In this document: positions 39,067 to 52,795 of the stretch, in pieces
Layout of the letters: each line of letters starts with the position of its first letter
How positions within the stretch are numbered: position 1 is the stretch's first letter
Assembly (NCBI RefSeq): GCF_026210795.1
Contig: NC_089429.1
Location: 1,984,001-2,048,000 of the forward strand
From: Rhizophagus irregularis
Taxonomy: Eukaryota
DNA: 64,000 bases
Direction: 5' to 3'
Position numbers and translations under genes: made by a program
Notes under the pieces: model-generated
What the model saw: only the letters and a program-made list of their open reading frames with translations
What the model was told of the DNA's origin: nothing
Databases searched by the model: none

Positions 39067-39883
39067 TTCATATACAGGTGTGTTCAAATTTTAAACCCTA
39101 TTTATATTTATCTTTAAAATTTTTTATAAGTTTTTATAATAATTAAAAATTATTTATTAAAGTAATTTCTTTTATTCATAATAATTAAAATTTTATAAAT
39201 CTGATTTTTTAATATTGTTTGTTGATCTAACTTCTATAATAACTAGAATATGCGATTTTCTGGAGGACTTTGTCCCCAAATATAACATCTATAATTGAAA
39301 AAAATCTTTAATATAAATAAATTGAATTGTGTAAAATATTATTGAATAATAAAATTTCATTATAAAAAATCATGCTTTAATAAGGTTTTATATAATTTTT
39401 TCTTAAAAATAATATATCTAAGGGATATAGGAAAATGCAATTCCATATCACAAAAATGCATTGTTTGTGATTTGACTACAATTTTTACTGAATTTATATT
39501 GATTTGATCACAGAATTACATAATTTGAATATGGAATTTACATGATTTGATCAATGAATTTACTATTTAAATTACGATTATTAGCAATTTATATGAATTT
39601 GATTTAAATAATAATATTTTATTTTTTATTTTTTTTTTTAATGATTTATATATGCTTTATTGATATGTAGTTTATATACCATACAAACAAATTATCATAA
39701 GCTATATGAAAATAATAATATTTTATTAAATTATTAAATTAAATATAAAAATATAACAAATCCTTAGTATCATGTAATTATAATTAGCCAATAATAATAT
39801 AAAATAATTTTTATCATTTAAAATAATAATATAAGTTGTAATAAGTGTTCTAAGGTTAATACAGCTACAAAAAATGAAATCTT

Positions 39884-40650
39884 ATGAAAATTAATATTCA
39901 AGTGGTTTCAACCTGCCTGAACAACTTTCAATTAATAAATGAAGTTGATTTCATTTGTCCAAAGTGGAGATATTATGCTCTAAATTAAAAAAAAAAGAAA
40001 AGAGAGTTAATATCATCAAGAAAAATGCAAATTTCTTTAAACACTACACTTACATTCATGAAAATTAATATTCAAGTGATTTCAACCTGCCTGAACAACT
40101 TTCAATTAATAAATGAAGTTGATTTCATTTGTCTAAAATGGAGATATTACGCTCTAAATTAAAAAAAAGAGAAAAGAGAGTTAATATCATCAAGAAAAAT
40201 GCAATTTTCTCTAAACACTATACCTACATTCATGAAAATTAATATTCAGGTGATTTCAACCTGCCTGAACAACTTTCAATTAATAAATGAAGTTGATTTT
40301 ATTTGTCCAAAATGGAGATATTACGCTTTAAATTAAAAAAACAGAAAAGAGAGTTAATATCATCAAGAAAAATGCAATTTTTTTTTAAACACTACACCTA
40401 CACTCATGAAAATTAATATTCAAGTGATTTCAACCTGCCTGAACAACTTTCAATTAATAAATGAAGTTGATTTCATTTGTCCAAAGTGGAGATATTACGC
40501 TCTAAATTAAAAAAAAGAAAAGAGAGTTAATATCATCAAGAAAAATGCAATTTTCTTTAAGCACTATACCTACATTTATGAAAATTAATATTCAGTGATT
40601 TCAACATGCCTGAATAACTTTTAATTAATAAATGAAGTTGATTTTATTTG
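39884..40650 (-). repeat. About 174-bp tandem repeat, about 4.4 copies, exon/intron-like on minus
   Basis: ATGAAAATTAATATTCA..CAACCTGCCTGAAC recurs near 39884, 40058, 40232, 40406 and 40578. Confidence 0.85.
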
Positions 40651-43254
40651 GTGAAAAAAGAAGTTTAATTTAAAAAAATTTATATAAAAAATAAATGTAA
40701 TATAAAAATTAATAACTGAGATAACAAAAATATGAAAATAATCTGACATGAATTTTAAATTAATTTTTACATTAATTTATCCCTTAAAGTGTTTTGCAGC
40801 TAAATTTGGTTGCGATTTACCACTACTCATGTACCGATCTAAACTGTAATACAATGAAATTCCATGGAATCCTCTGTGGAAATTCTGAAAATTCTGCGAA
40901 ATTTAAAACAATAACAATCATTTAAAGGATAAATTCAAGAGTTTAAAATAAAAATAGTAAGAAAAATATTTTTTATAAAATATTACATTATTTTCTAAAA
41001 GAAATACACTTATAAATTTAATTGTAATTATGTAATATCCAAATATTTAATCTTACAAATAGAAAAAAAATGTAAAAAAAAAATTTCATGATGTTTTATA
41101 AAAAAAGAAAAAAATTTAAAAAAATTTTCACACATCATACCATTATTAGGCATGCCCGTACAATAACATATTTAAAAATTTTTGATAAAATTAATTAACC
41201 AAGATTGGATTAGCCACAAAAATCTGCATATGATCATGATATTTTAATATTTTATCTATAATAAATACGGAATAGATTGGATGTAATTATTCATACGAGA
41301 AATATATATATATATATATATCTAACACTTTTTTTAATTGATTATCACAAGATCTATATGATCATCTATACGTTTTTAATTTTTTAACGAAAAAGAAATA
41401 TATTTAAAACTTTATTTAGTATTTCTTTGAAGATCAATAATGATCACCAAAATCAAATATGAATATAAAACTTATTGTTTGATGTCACAAGTTAATATGT
41501 AGTGAAAGTGGCACAAAAATGAATATTTTGTAATTTTATTCTAATGATATCAAAGAAGCAATATTGCAATATTGCAATAATAATATTCATAGTTATAGCA
41601 ATAGCAATAGCAATAGCAATAGTAATTGCAATTGCAATTTATATAGCATAGCTATAAACTTCAACTACGAAGTTCACATGATGCATTTTCAAAAAAATGA
41701 AAATCTGCATGAAGATTAGAGGATCACTAACTAATTAAGCGAAAAAGTGAATAGATAAGAAAGGTTATGCAAGATCGTCGTTGCGTCGAAAGTTATCTTA
41801 CCGCAAATTATATGTTGTAATATGTATTACTTGTATTCTGTAAATCTTATAAATAATGATAATTTAATCTTATATTTGAAAATCATATGATTAGACTATC
41901 AATTTGTTTTTCAATTTTAAAAGAAAAATTTAAGTTAAAATTAAAAGAAACTTTTTAATTAAACTATAATTTTTACTATAATTTATAACTTATCTATAAA
42001 TTTTTTACTTGTAATTAATATTATTTGTTAAAGTAACTTATTACATGTTAATTAAGTAATATTATTGAATTAAATTTTTTAATTTAGATTAACTCAATTC
42101 GATTTGAGTTAAAATTTAGATTAATTTGACTCAATTCAAGTTAAAAGTTTTATTAAATTTAACTTGACTCAATTTGACTCAACTCTATTAAAAATTAACT
42201 CAACTCAATTCGACACAACTTATTTATAGGATAATTCAACTCAACTTGACTCATTAGGAGTTCTACTTTTAATAATATAATAATTGTCTGATTTTTGTAT
42301 TTTTTATCTTTATAATATAATTTCTTTTAATATAATACCTGATTTAGTTTTATTTCTTTTTTCTAATATTTTATCTCTCATTTTTGATTATTTTCTTTGT
42401 AAAATTTTTAGGTGTTATTAATTAAAATAAAATCAAAAAAATTCATGATTGCATTGCAGTCTATATGGAAAGTTAAGGGTAAATTATTCTAATATATAAT
42501 TTATATTTTAAAAAAGTAATATTGGTAATAAAAGAAATTAATAATATTATATATATCATATATATAATAAATATTTATTTTTGAAAAAAAATTTTATTTT
42601 TATTTTTTAAATTAAATTTTACTTTTTTCTTTTATCTTCCTTTTATACTTCCATTAATTTTATTGTTTTATTTTTTTATTCCTTTTATTTTTTTTTATTT
42701 CCTCTTTTTGTTTCTTTTTTATTTGTTTTTTTCTTTCATTTTTCTTTCTTTACTGATTTTTTCATTTTCTTTATTCTTTTTATTTATTTTTTTCATTTTT
42801 TGTTTTTTTGTTACTCTTATCTTAGCTTTTGACTATACATGCCACCCAAATTTTTTTGGGCTGCTGTGATTATAAGTAAAATCCTAAATTCAATTATGAC
42901 ATCCCAAATTATAATTATGATATCTCAAAATAATTTGGGCAGCATGTATACTTTCAACTGCATTTTTTTGTTTTTTACTTTTCTTTTTATTGCTATTTCT
43001 GATTTTTATTAATATATCTCTATTCAATGAATAATAAAATTTTTGTTAAAAATTACTACTGCAATTTTAAATTTTAAATAGATCAAATTATAGTTGATTT
43101 AATTTTGGCCAGAATTATGTACTAATTCTGGCCGGAATTATACAATTTCCTAAAAAGAAAAGTAGTATTACATAAGATTCCAAATGTGTACTTGAATTTT
43201 CACTCAAAAAGGAAATGATTAACATATAGTTTGGCCGGAATTATAAATTGTAAA

Positions 43255-43870
43255 CTTGTTTGCACTTTAACATTAAATGCTTTACCTGTTGGTAAATGGT
43301 TTGCACTTTAACATTAAATACTTTACCTGTTAGTAAACTGTTTGCACTTTAACATTAAATGCTTTACCTGTTAGTAAACTGTTTGCACTTTAACACTAAA
43401 TGCTTTACCTGTTAGTAAATGGTTTGCGCTTTAACATTAAATGCTTTGCCTGTTAGTAAATGGTTTGTACTTTAACATTAAATGCTTTGCCTGTTAGTAA
43501 ACTGTTTGCACTTTAACATTAAATGCTTGGCCTGTTAGTAAATGGCTTGCACTTTAACATTAAATGCTTGGCCTGTTAGTAAATGGTTTGCACTTTAACA
43601 TTAAATGCTTGGCCTGTTGGTAAATGGTTTGCACTTTAACATTAAATGCTTTACCTGTTAGTAAACTGTTTGCACTTTAACATTAAATGCTTTGCCTGTT
43701 AGTGAACGGTTTTACTTTAACATTAAATGCTTTACCTGTTGGTAAACAGTTTGCATTTTAGTATTAATGCTTTGCCTGTTAGCAAACTGTTTGCACTTTA
43801 ATATTAAATGCTTTGCCTAACTTAATAAACTGTTTGCTCTTTATCATTAAATGCTTTACCTATTAACAAA
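43255..43870. repeat. 41-bp tandem array (about 15 units) abutting the right TIR of the IS3EU-like element
   Basis: Unit TGCACTTTAACATTAAATGCTTTACCTGTTAGTAAAYKGTT; one inverted unit near 26222-26262. Confidence 0.9.
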
Positions 43871-45468
43871 CTTTTGTGTAACATAACTGGAAAGTCAAAC
43901 AATTTGACGATATTGGCAAAGGATATGACGGTATTGTCAAAGGATATGACTCTAAAGTCAAATGGTTTGACGGTAATGGCAAATCATTTTGACTTTACAT
44001 TTAACCTTAAACGTTAAACAATATGTAGTTCACCTTTAAACTTCTGTCCAGCCTGGCATTCCATAAAAACCGCTTGTATTACAAAAAATATATTAACAGT
44101 CAAGTTTGTACTATCAAAGAAACAAATAAGTTATTTGTCCGTTGACCGTTAGATTTCATTTTGTGTGGAAAAAATTAACATTTGAATATAACCATATGTC
44201 TAGAGGATATGTGATTTAGTGGTGGTATTCTATATTCTTGGGAGACGCAGATTAGTAATCCAGCGTGCAAAATAAAGAGAAATAAGTTAGACTGGTACAT
44301 TTGGTTATAGATTGACGAATATCTCTTTTTTTACATGAACTACTGCATACTCGAATTAATAGTTTCACCTTATCATATAATAATGTCCTTGCGAGCATAA
44401 TGATGAACAAGCGTGAACATTTGCCTAAGTGTTATGTTCATCTTTTATGGATTGCGAATTAATGCTTATCCACATCAACAAAATGGTAAGTATAATCACA
44501 TCATATATAATGTATCTTGAAGGAATACTCATTTATCATCGTTATTTATAGAAATATTCGGTTGAATAAACATTAATAAGCGGATGCAATCAAAAAATAG
44601 GATATGTATCTTATACAACCATTATATCTTTTAAGTGTTGCTTCGCTGGAACCCAATGATGCGTAACAGTGTGGTACAGAGATTTTTAGCTAAAAGCCAC
44701 GTTATTGCACTATGTGTTTATAGTATGTATTCAACCACACTTATTTTCATTCATAATTACATCTACAGTAGATGTACCAGAAAGCATGTTTTAAGAATAT
44801 CCTCGGGACGAAGAAAATTTCTCCTATGGAGTTTCGAAGAATAAAGGGGCATAGAACGTATCAATATAACTTAGTGGAACTGGCTAACAATAGTCTACAT
44901 GCAAGTTCGTATTCGTGAAGCGATTCCCTTTGGGATTCCAATTTTCTACACATGGATGACGAATTTCCTCTTAAATATTATATCTCTTAAACAGAAGATT
45001 GTCGCAATTTAGCAAAAAATCTGATTCATATTTGGATCATTGTATACGATAATTCTTGTGAAAAATATTATAATAAAAATTATTCGCATATTAGGATCTT
45101 CGTCAGTGATAGATTGACAGAAAAAATCTGAAGATAGTGTTTGAAATATAAAAGTAACCCCATCTCAATCATAAACTATGTTTTGATTTTCAATTTCGAA
45201 TTTATCACTTTGATGTGATGCGTATTACAAATAACCATCGGTATATAACTAGGAATCAGTTGAATTCCATTACTCATTATTTATTGTCAATAAATTATAA
45301 AGAAATCTACTTCGTACCCCTGGGTATATTTTTTTTTGAGTACAAAAATACGAAATAAAAAAACGAAAGGAATTAGAAGAAAAAAGACAGATACCGTATT
45401 TTACTAAACACTGTTAACCGTTACTCTAATAATATAAAAACGAAAATCATAAGATTATTTGGTAATCA

Positions 45469-46700
45469 TTACAAATGACTATATTTACTGGAATTTATAT
45501 CGTAATTGGACATATCTTGATCTTCTAATTCTTCTGTCATTGCACCTTTCTCGTTTTCTTTGGGATCAAAGTTCGTCTGCGATTTATTGTTTTCAGACTT
45601 AATAGGATCAATACTATTGAAGACTGAAATCACTTCGCAAATATCTGGTCTTTCATCTGGTTCACATTTCCAACATTCTGTTTAATTGATTAATAAGATT
45701 AGATGTAATTCCAATGGAACATTGCTCCGCAGTACTTCTTATACTTACTTTGATAAAGCGCAACGAATTTACTATTTGTGTCTGGCAAAGGATCTTCTCT
45801 TTTACCCTCAAAAATTTCATGCATGATTTCCAAATCATTTTTTTTCGGTTCATAATCAAAAGGTGATGAACGGCTTGTCAATTCCCAGAACACTAATGCC
45901 AAACTGTATATGTCAGATTTTTCAGTTAAATCACAAAACCCATAAAAAAATTTAGGATCCACGTAAGGTATTGTGCCACGTCGACCAGTGGATACTTTAT
46001 CTCCTTGCAGTAGCGAGCAACCAAAATCGGCCAATTTTATCATTTGTTGATGTATCAAGATGTTATTGGGATTCTAAAAAGAATATGTTAAAGACGTGTT
46101 ATAGAGAAACCTTCATTTGGGAGAACAAAATATAATTGTACTTACAATATCTCCGTGAATAATTTTATTACGATGTAAACAGGAAACTGCACCCGCAATT
46201 TCTTTAGCAAACTGTAATTGGCTTTCCCATTTAAAGGTTTCAGCGTTAGTCCTTAAGTAATTTCCCAATGTCCCACCGTTTGCGTGTTCAAGAACAAGCG
46301 AATAATTCGGTTTGCCTAAAAATAAAGATGTGTAAATGTACTTATTATCTTATGTATATTATGTAATTATTTTTTTACCTTGTAATTTCGTAACCCCATA
46401 AAATCGAATTATATTTGGGTGATGAGAAGCTATTTTCATAATCTTGATCTAGAAAGAAAGAATGGTAATATACAGTATAAGTAACCCGTAACGAAAAAGT
46501 TATGAAAATAAAACCATATCAGTAACGCACTTCATTAATGACTTCTTCTTCTTCAAGACTTTCGTTAAATATCTTAACCACATACTCCGCTAGCGTGTTA
46601 TTACAGCAAGCAACCCGAACAGAAGCTGATCCTCCAGAGCCAATTATCTTGGGATGAATCTTGAGGTCATATTTAATTACGCCATCTAATATATTAATGC
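45469..46700 (-). CDS. TKL-type protein kinase, multi-exon; start uncertain
   Basis: IGSGGSASV, HPNIIRFYG, LEHANGGTL, HGDI|NPNN, KLADFG, GTIPYVDP, KSDIYSL, CW..EPDERP. Confidence 0.75.
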
Positions 46701-48959
46701 TTTTGTGTGTCTGTTTATGGAAGTCAAATTATCAGTTGGGTGTCACAGCCAATATTACAGCACAAGTATGGTATAGTAGACACTCTATATAAATAAAAAA
46801 ATTTTTTAAAATAGACTCCAATGATATCTATATAAATAAAAAGTTTTTTAACGGAATAGACCTTAATACTCCGATGATTTTAAAGGAATTCTACATAAAT
46901 AGAAATGATCTAACCGTCCAAATTCAAAAAGGGAAATGTAACAATGCTGAATGCTGCATGCTATTAACTGTATTAACTGAGCTTTGACTCAGTTCCATAC
47001 TTGTGCAATAAAAAAAAAAACCATTTTATTCTCGAGGATTTTCTTTACAGGTTTCTGCAGCTTTTATTCTCCTTTTAGAAAAGATTTCTATGGCCGAATA
47101 ATTTCCCCTTTAGAGACGGCTCTATGGCTGAACTATTCTCCTTTAGAAACAGCTTCTACGGAAATTCTTCTTTCTAGATACTATTTACTCGAAACTTTAA
47201 ATTTGCTATTAGTATTATCAACGTAACTAGTGCCTCTTAAGTCTTTTCGCCAGTAGATACTGTCTTATATATTTTCGTTTTGGGACGTTGAAATCAAACC
47301 ACAACAAATGGCTATAAGTTTTTGATGGAGGTGTATTTAAACTTAATAGACAGAAATAATGGAAATAATTTTTCAGCGAGCAAAAGAGTTATTAAGAAGA
47401 CAGGTCAGTCCTATTTATAAAAAAATTGGAGTTACATGGGTATTATATCTGGAATGACATATTGCATATATGTATTACAAACTAAGAAGCATCAAAAGTA
47501 ATACATATTAGTAAATTTACGCCTAAATAATCATGTGAATAAACATGGTTCAAAAAATTTTAACTTCGTAAAATAAAATACCTGAAAACTTATTCTACTA
47601 TACTGGTAAATGATTTGTTGCAGACGTCTAATAAGAACGTTAATTCTTTAGAAACTATATAAACATTTTGACTTTTGTGCCGATACTTTTAGATGAAAAA
47701 TGATGTTATTTTTTTGCGTTACATGAACGATCAAAAATTGTCCGCATTCTGTCACGTAGTACAACTATTCAACATTATCAACTCTGGGCCACTAGCTTTA
47801 TTGACCAATAGATTTCCAGAGAATGCTCACGCAGTACAAAATGTTTATCCGGTAGTACGATTCACTGTATACAAAAAATACAACTACGAGACCGTGACCC
47901 AAGGGTCACAGTTGGCTTGTGAACAACCAATAATATGCATGCGCAGTCAATCTGTGGGATAATATTGTGCTTTTTGCTTGTTAATGATATAACAATTGAT
48001 ATACAAAAATTATAAGATAATATAGGTCCGGATAAAGTAGAAATACTAGTAAAAGATTAGAGACGAATGGACATAGTTCCATGGTTAAAATACGTATCGG
48101 GTAAATAGAATAATAGTGAAACCACTTATTTCAGCGTATCTGTTTCAACTATCAGGTTATTACAAGATATTACATGAAGGGTACGACAAATTTACACTTT
48201 AGCGCCCTTCAGGTGAATTTTGTATAAATCCACGTACTAATAATTTCTTTTCTAATCCGTTCCGTATTCTGTTAACTTGGGTAGGAATATTGTGATGACA
48301 TAAAATCCGTACAATGAATGTTCAATTAATCACGGCTTTTTATTCCCATTATCACCAATGTCTAACGAAAACAGTCAAAATGATATAAATAAAGAACACG
48401 AACAAATATTATTTATTATACGAAAATGTATTATTATTAACATTTAAAATCTTCGTTAAATAGTACTGCATAACTTGGGATTTCGTCCACATCTATTCTC
48501 ACATGCTCCGATTCTTCTGGAAAGGCTGGTGTAAGAATACGAGTAACTTTTGACATGATCACAGGCCGTTAAAGAGATGATTCATATTTTTTCGATAATA
48601 GATTGTGCTCTTCGAGCTGTCTTCGACAGAAATGGAAATTTGCTTTATTAACCTGGTAATAAAAAATATTTGCGATATCAGGACTTCATCTGTAATACAT
48701 GTAAAACAAATACAACTGTTCGGTTTGATTTTTTTACTTCGCTATATTATCCTAAGCCTGTCCTTCGTTCTTGCGAACATGTTCACACCACAGTGATGAG
48801 CATTATTTTTGGGAAAAAGGAAAAGGTGAAATATGTAGAAAATGCGTTAAAAACCTTCAAATATAGATTCATCATTCTAAATAATTTCGATTACCACCGT
48901 AAATTCTAATCTGTTTTTGTGAGATAAGGCCATTCTTTTATTTTCTCTCCTTGTCTAAG

Positions 48960-50120
48960 TCATGAGCTGAGTCCGCTTTTTGTGCCTCCTCCAACAGCCA
49001 GATAATATGATCAAGGATTTTTTCCATGTCTTTCATACCATATCTTTGTACGCAATAAATAGAGTCTTACGTGATTCGATCCCGTAATCAAGATTCCCGT
49101 GCCTATTTTTCCCTCGATCAGCTTCTTCGGTATTATCTTTACTTGATGGTAAGTTGCAGAGGCGAGATAGGAATATGAATTGATACTTTTTTTGGCCTCG
49201 TAGATTACATCGATGGGAGATGTTGTAATGCAAGTTTGTAATCAAAAGTTTACGTAACGCTTCTTTATGCTTCTCATTCTTAGTGTCGGCACAATCACAC
49301 GAAGAAGTGGGATATACATCAATGCTAGGATTCAGATCATCGCTATGCCCATAGAGTTCCACAATGTTCCACACTTGAAGATTCATTCGTTAAATGGTTT
49401 CGAGGAAGTCTCTACAAACACTGTTAGCTTGAAGTTGTCTTTTGATGCTAGCGACTGCAATATCTCACACCATTCTTTTGATATATTTCACGTATAGCGA
49501 CTTTGAGGTTTTGGAGGGTTACATGTCTGATATTTCCTGTCATTTTTATGCCATTTCGGACTAACAACAACGTCGAAGTCTGAAAAGATTTTTGCTTGGT
49601 TAATAAAAAATTTCGGGCAGTAATTTGATCGTGATACCAGTCTACTTCGTACCCTGTGGGTAGGATTTTCTTTAACAAACAAGGACATATTCATAGGCTG
49701 ATATCTTTGTCACGGTTTTTATAACTGCTGAAAAAATTCATACCGTAGACGGACTTGACCAACGCCCGCAATGAGGCAACCTCGTCAAGTAATGTCTGTT
49801 CACGACTCGAAATAGTAGTTGAAACAGGAGAGTCGACTAAGATATGAACACTCTTATTCTTAGGCCGTTTCTCGGGACAGTGGTCTTCTATTCCCTTGTT
49901 ACAAGAAGTTCGGGTTAGTCCTGAAGTGAGAGATTGCTACTGATCGGAATTTCCACTTTCCATAATTTGAGCTTGTCTGAATTGACGAACTCTGGTGCAT
50001 TTTCCTTTTGAAGAATTTTTTAGTTCACTAATAGGCTCATCTCTACTAATAACAGAGAAAGTGTTCGCAGTGTATAATTTACCTTTGACGAGACAGAATA
50101 AATGATAGACATATAATATT
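48960..50120 (-). pseudogene. Crinkler (CRN)-family effector-like pseudogene
   Basis: LFCLVKG..F.V..PISELK, then frameshifted KLKLWKVEIP and VHILV, typical of the CRN N-terminal ubiquitin-like domain; downstream ORFs fragmented. Confidence 0.6.
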
Positions 50121-50503
50121 TCCTTCACGAGGACAAGTATGAAAAACGAACAAAAAAAAAACCTAATCATTCTGTCGTACAAACACAGCCTACTTCGATA
50201 ATTTATCACTGGATCTTTCTCACAACCCCTTTTCCATTTTTAGTAAGCCGTAATGATTACTAAATCTATAGTTATTAGTCCTCCGCTATTATTATTATCA
50301 CATGATACTCTACACAATGAACAGAGGGTAACGTGACTATTAACTATTTTTAATGAAAATATGATGAAACTAATAATTCAATGTATTTTTTTAACCTTTT
50401 ATGACAGTAACATGTATCAATCGTATCATGCACATAGTTTAATTCATGTGACGAGACTTGAATAAAAGCCAAAAATTGCAAAATTAATCTTTCAAAAAAA
50501 TAT

Positions 50504-50734
50504 TTAATTAGCCATTAATTGTCTTTCACGGCGTAGTCTAGAATGAACTTTATATTGACCACAATGAACACATAGCCATGTAATTGAATTGGTCCCACAA
50601 CCACAAGAAATACAAGGAGAAGGGGGCGTAGTACCTCTTCGTTTAATGGCAAAAGCATGCATCCCACAGTACTCATTTTTTGTGGGACGAGTGTAAAAAT
50701 CTTTTGTCCCCTTAATCAACCAATGACACGGCAT
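50504..50734 (-). CDS. Small Cys-rich hypothetical protein
   Basis: ATG start, YCGMH, CISCG, CVHCG motifs in 76 aa. Confidence 0.35.
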   Translation of the reverse strand: MPCHWLIKGTKDFYTRPTKNEYCGMHAFAIKRRGTTPPSPCISCGCGTNSITWLCVHCGQYKVHSRLRRERQLMAN

Positions 50735-51169
50735 AATATATACTTAGCTTATATGTACTAGAGCATATTTCAAATGCTTAAAAAGAGAAGACAGGTAAGA
50801 GTAAATGGGAATATGTAGACAGATATATGTAAGAAGACGGGTGGGTAGACAGGTATGAGTAACTATTATATTTTATATATCGAACGAACCTCATTACTAT
50901 TTCATTGTTAATCTTTCCTATTATGGAAAATTTAAATAAAAGCTGCATTTACCAAAAATTGAATAATATTAATTGCCGATCAATATTGTTGTGTTTCCTG
51001 TGTATTTTATCTAGTCTTCTTTTTAAGAATTTCGTTGCCGATCATGAAATCATTGCCATACAACATTTTCTAACATAAATAACGTTTCATTATTTTTTTG
51101 CTTTATTATTTTTTGTATTTTACATACGAATTAATAACATATTCCTTATTCAACAAATAATTTATTAAA

Positions 51170-52795
51170 ATGGATGAAGTTAAACTAAGTGATGATGTAT
51201 TTGAACAAATAAAAGATTTTAATCGTCGTTCTTTGACTGAAGAACAAGAATCGTTAATTGATAAACTGATATTAAATGAAGAATTAAAAAATCGTTATAA
51301 ATTGTTTGGTTTATGTTATGAATGTAAACAGCCTAATATTAGTTTCAATTGTCAAGCATGTGATTTTAAATATTTTCAACAAAATTTCAAAAATTGGACA
51401 AGTGGAAATCATGACGTTGATGAATTTATTCAAAAAACACAATTAAAAGCTAAACACGGATACCAACTTATAGAGTGGATTGAATATGATGAATTTGAAG
51501 ACATTGAATATTTAGCAAAAGGAGGATTTGGAATTACTTTTAAAGCAATTTGGAGAGAAGGACCTATAAAGAAATATAGTCAAGGGAAAAGAAGGGGTAG
51601 AACGGAAGTCGCTTTAAAATGTTTACATAACTCACAAGACATTACAGCAGATTTTTTAAAAGAAGTATGACATTTTCTTATATATTTTAGTTTTATTAAC
51701 CTTTATAAATTAACTAACTATATTTTTCTTTTAAGATTGAGTCAAATATTTTAGCATGTGATGTTTTTATAGTTCGTTGTTATGGTATTACTAAAGATCC
51801 AAAAACGAATAATTTTGTGATGGTGATGCAATTACAAGAAGGTAGTTTAAGACAATATTTAAATAACAATTTCATTTCACTAGATTGGGAGAAAAAGTTG
51901 GGTTTTTTATATTGTATTACAAGGGGTCTTAAAACAATTTATAAAAGAGGATTGATTCATCATGATCTTCATTGTGGAAATATATTAAGTGGTCATGGTA
52001 ATACTTATATTACCGATTTAGGATTATGTCAACCAGCAAATGTAAAAAGTTCACAGGATGGTAATAAAAAAATATATGGAGTATGTCCTTATGTTGCTCC
52101 AGAAGTTTTAAGAGGAAAAGAATATACTCAAGCAAGTGATATTTATGGATTTGGAATTATTGCATATGAAATTTGTACAGGATTGCCTCCTTATCATGAT
52201 GTAGCTCATGATGATTTCTTAGCAATGAAAATTTGTCAAGGATTAAGACCAACTTCTAATTATAAAATTCCTCAACTACTTTTTGACATAATTATTCAAT
52301 GTTGGGATGCGAACCCTTTAAAACGACCTAAAGCAGATGAATTATGTAAGTCAATACGTAAAATGATGATTAGCAACATTAGCAAACAAAAAGATTCTGT
52401 AATCTACAAACAAGGCGAAGAAGCTAATGAAATTAACAAAAAGTCATCACTAACAGTTCAGTCAACATTATCGTCCACCGGTACACTCTCATATACAACA
52501 CATCCTCAAGCAGTTTACATTAGTAAACTTTTAGACTTTAAAAATCTTCCAGAACCAAAAAATGCAGACAATAATGAAATAGAATATTCAGGTAAACATA
52601 TAATTTAATATATGATTATAATCTAATATTCTAATTTTATAATGCTAACAACTAATATTTAATATAGATACTTTAAAAATAGATTTCACTAAACTTGATA
52701 TTAATTCTAAAGGTAATTACTTTTGCACATGATATTTTTGATCTATTAAATTAATTTAACTAAATGATTATTTTATTGTAGATGAAAGTAATTAA
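51170..52795 (+). CDS. TKL-type protein kinase (exons about 51170-51664, 51736-52591, 52669-52712, 52782-52795)
   Basis: CxxC N-terminus, WTSGN, LAKGGFG, VALK, HHDLHCGN, DLG, PYVAPE, SDIYGFG; canonical introns. Confidence 0.9.

Larger units (their letters stand above)
26031..44065 (+). mobile_element. IS3EU-like DNA transposon, 18 kb
   Basis: About 200-bp TIRs (26031..~26230 vs ~43865..44065), termini TATGG..CCATA, 6-bp TSD AAAACC (26025-26030, 44066-44071), internal rve-type integrase. Confidence 0.88.

Noticed and set aside
42663..42869. Phe/Leu-rich membrane-like ORF (similar ones at 21068, 31154, 32072)
   Set aside because: Translation of low-complexity T-rich DNA.
43255..43870. Possible CRISPR array
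   Set aside because: Units are contiguous near-identical tandem repeats with no unique spacers; eukaryotic context and no cas genes.
26031..44065. Polinton call based on 6-bp TSD and size
   Set aside because: No PolB, ATPase or capsid inside; TAY..RTA termini and the integrase type fit IS3EU better.
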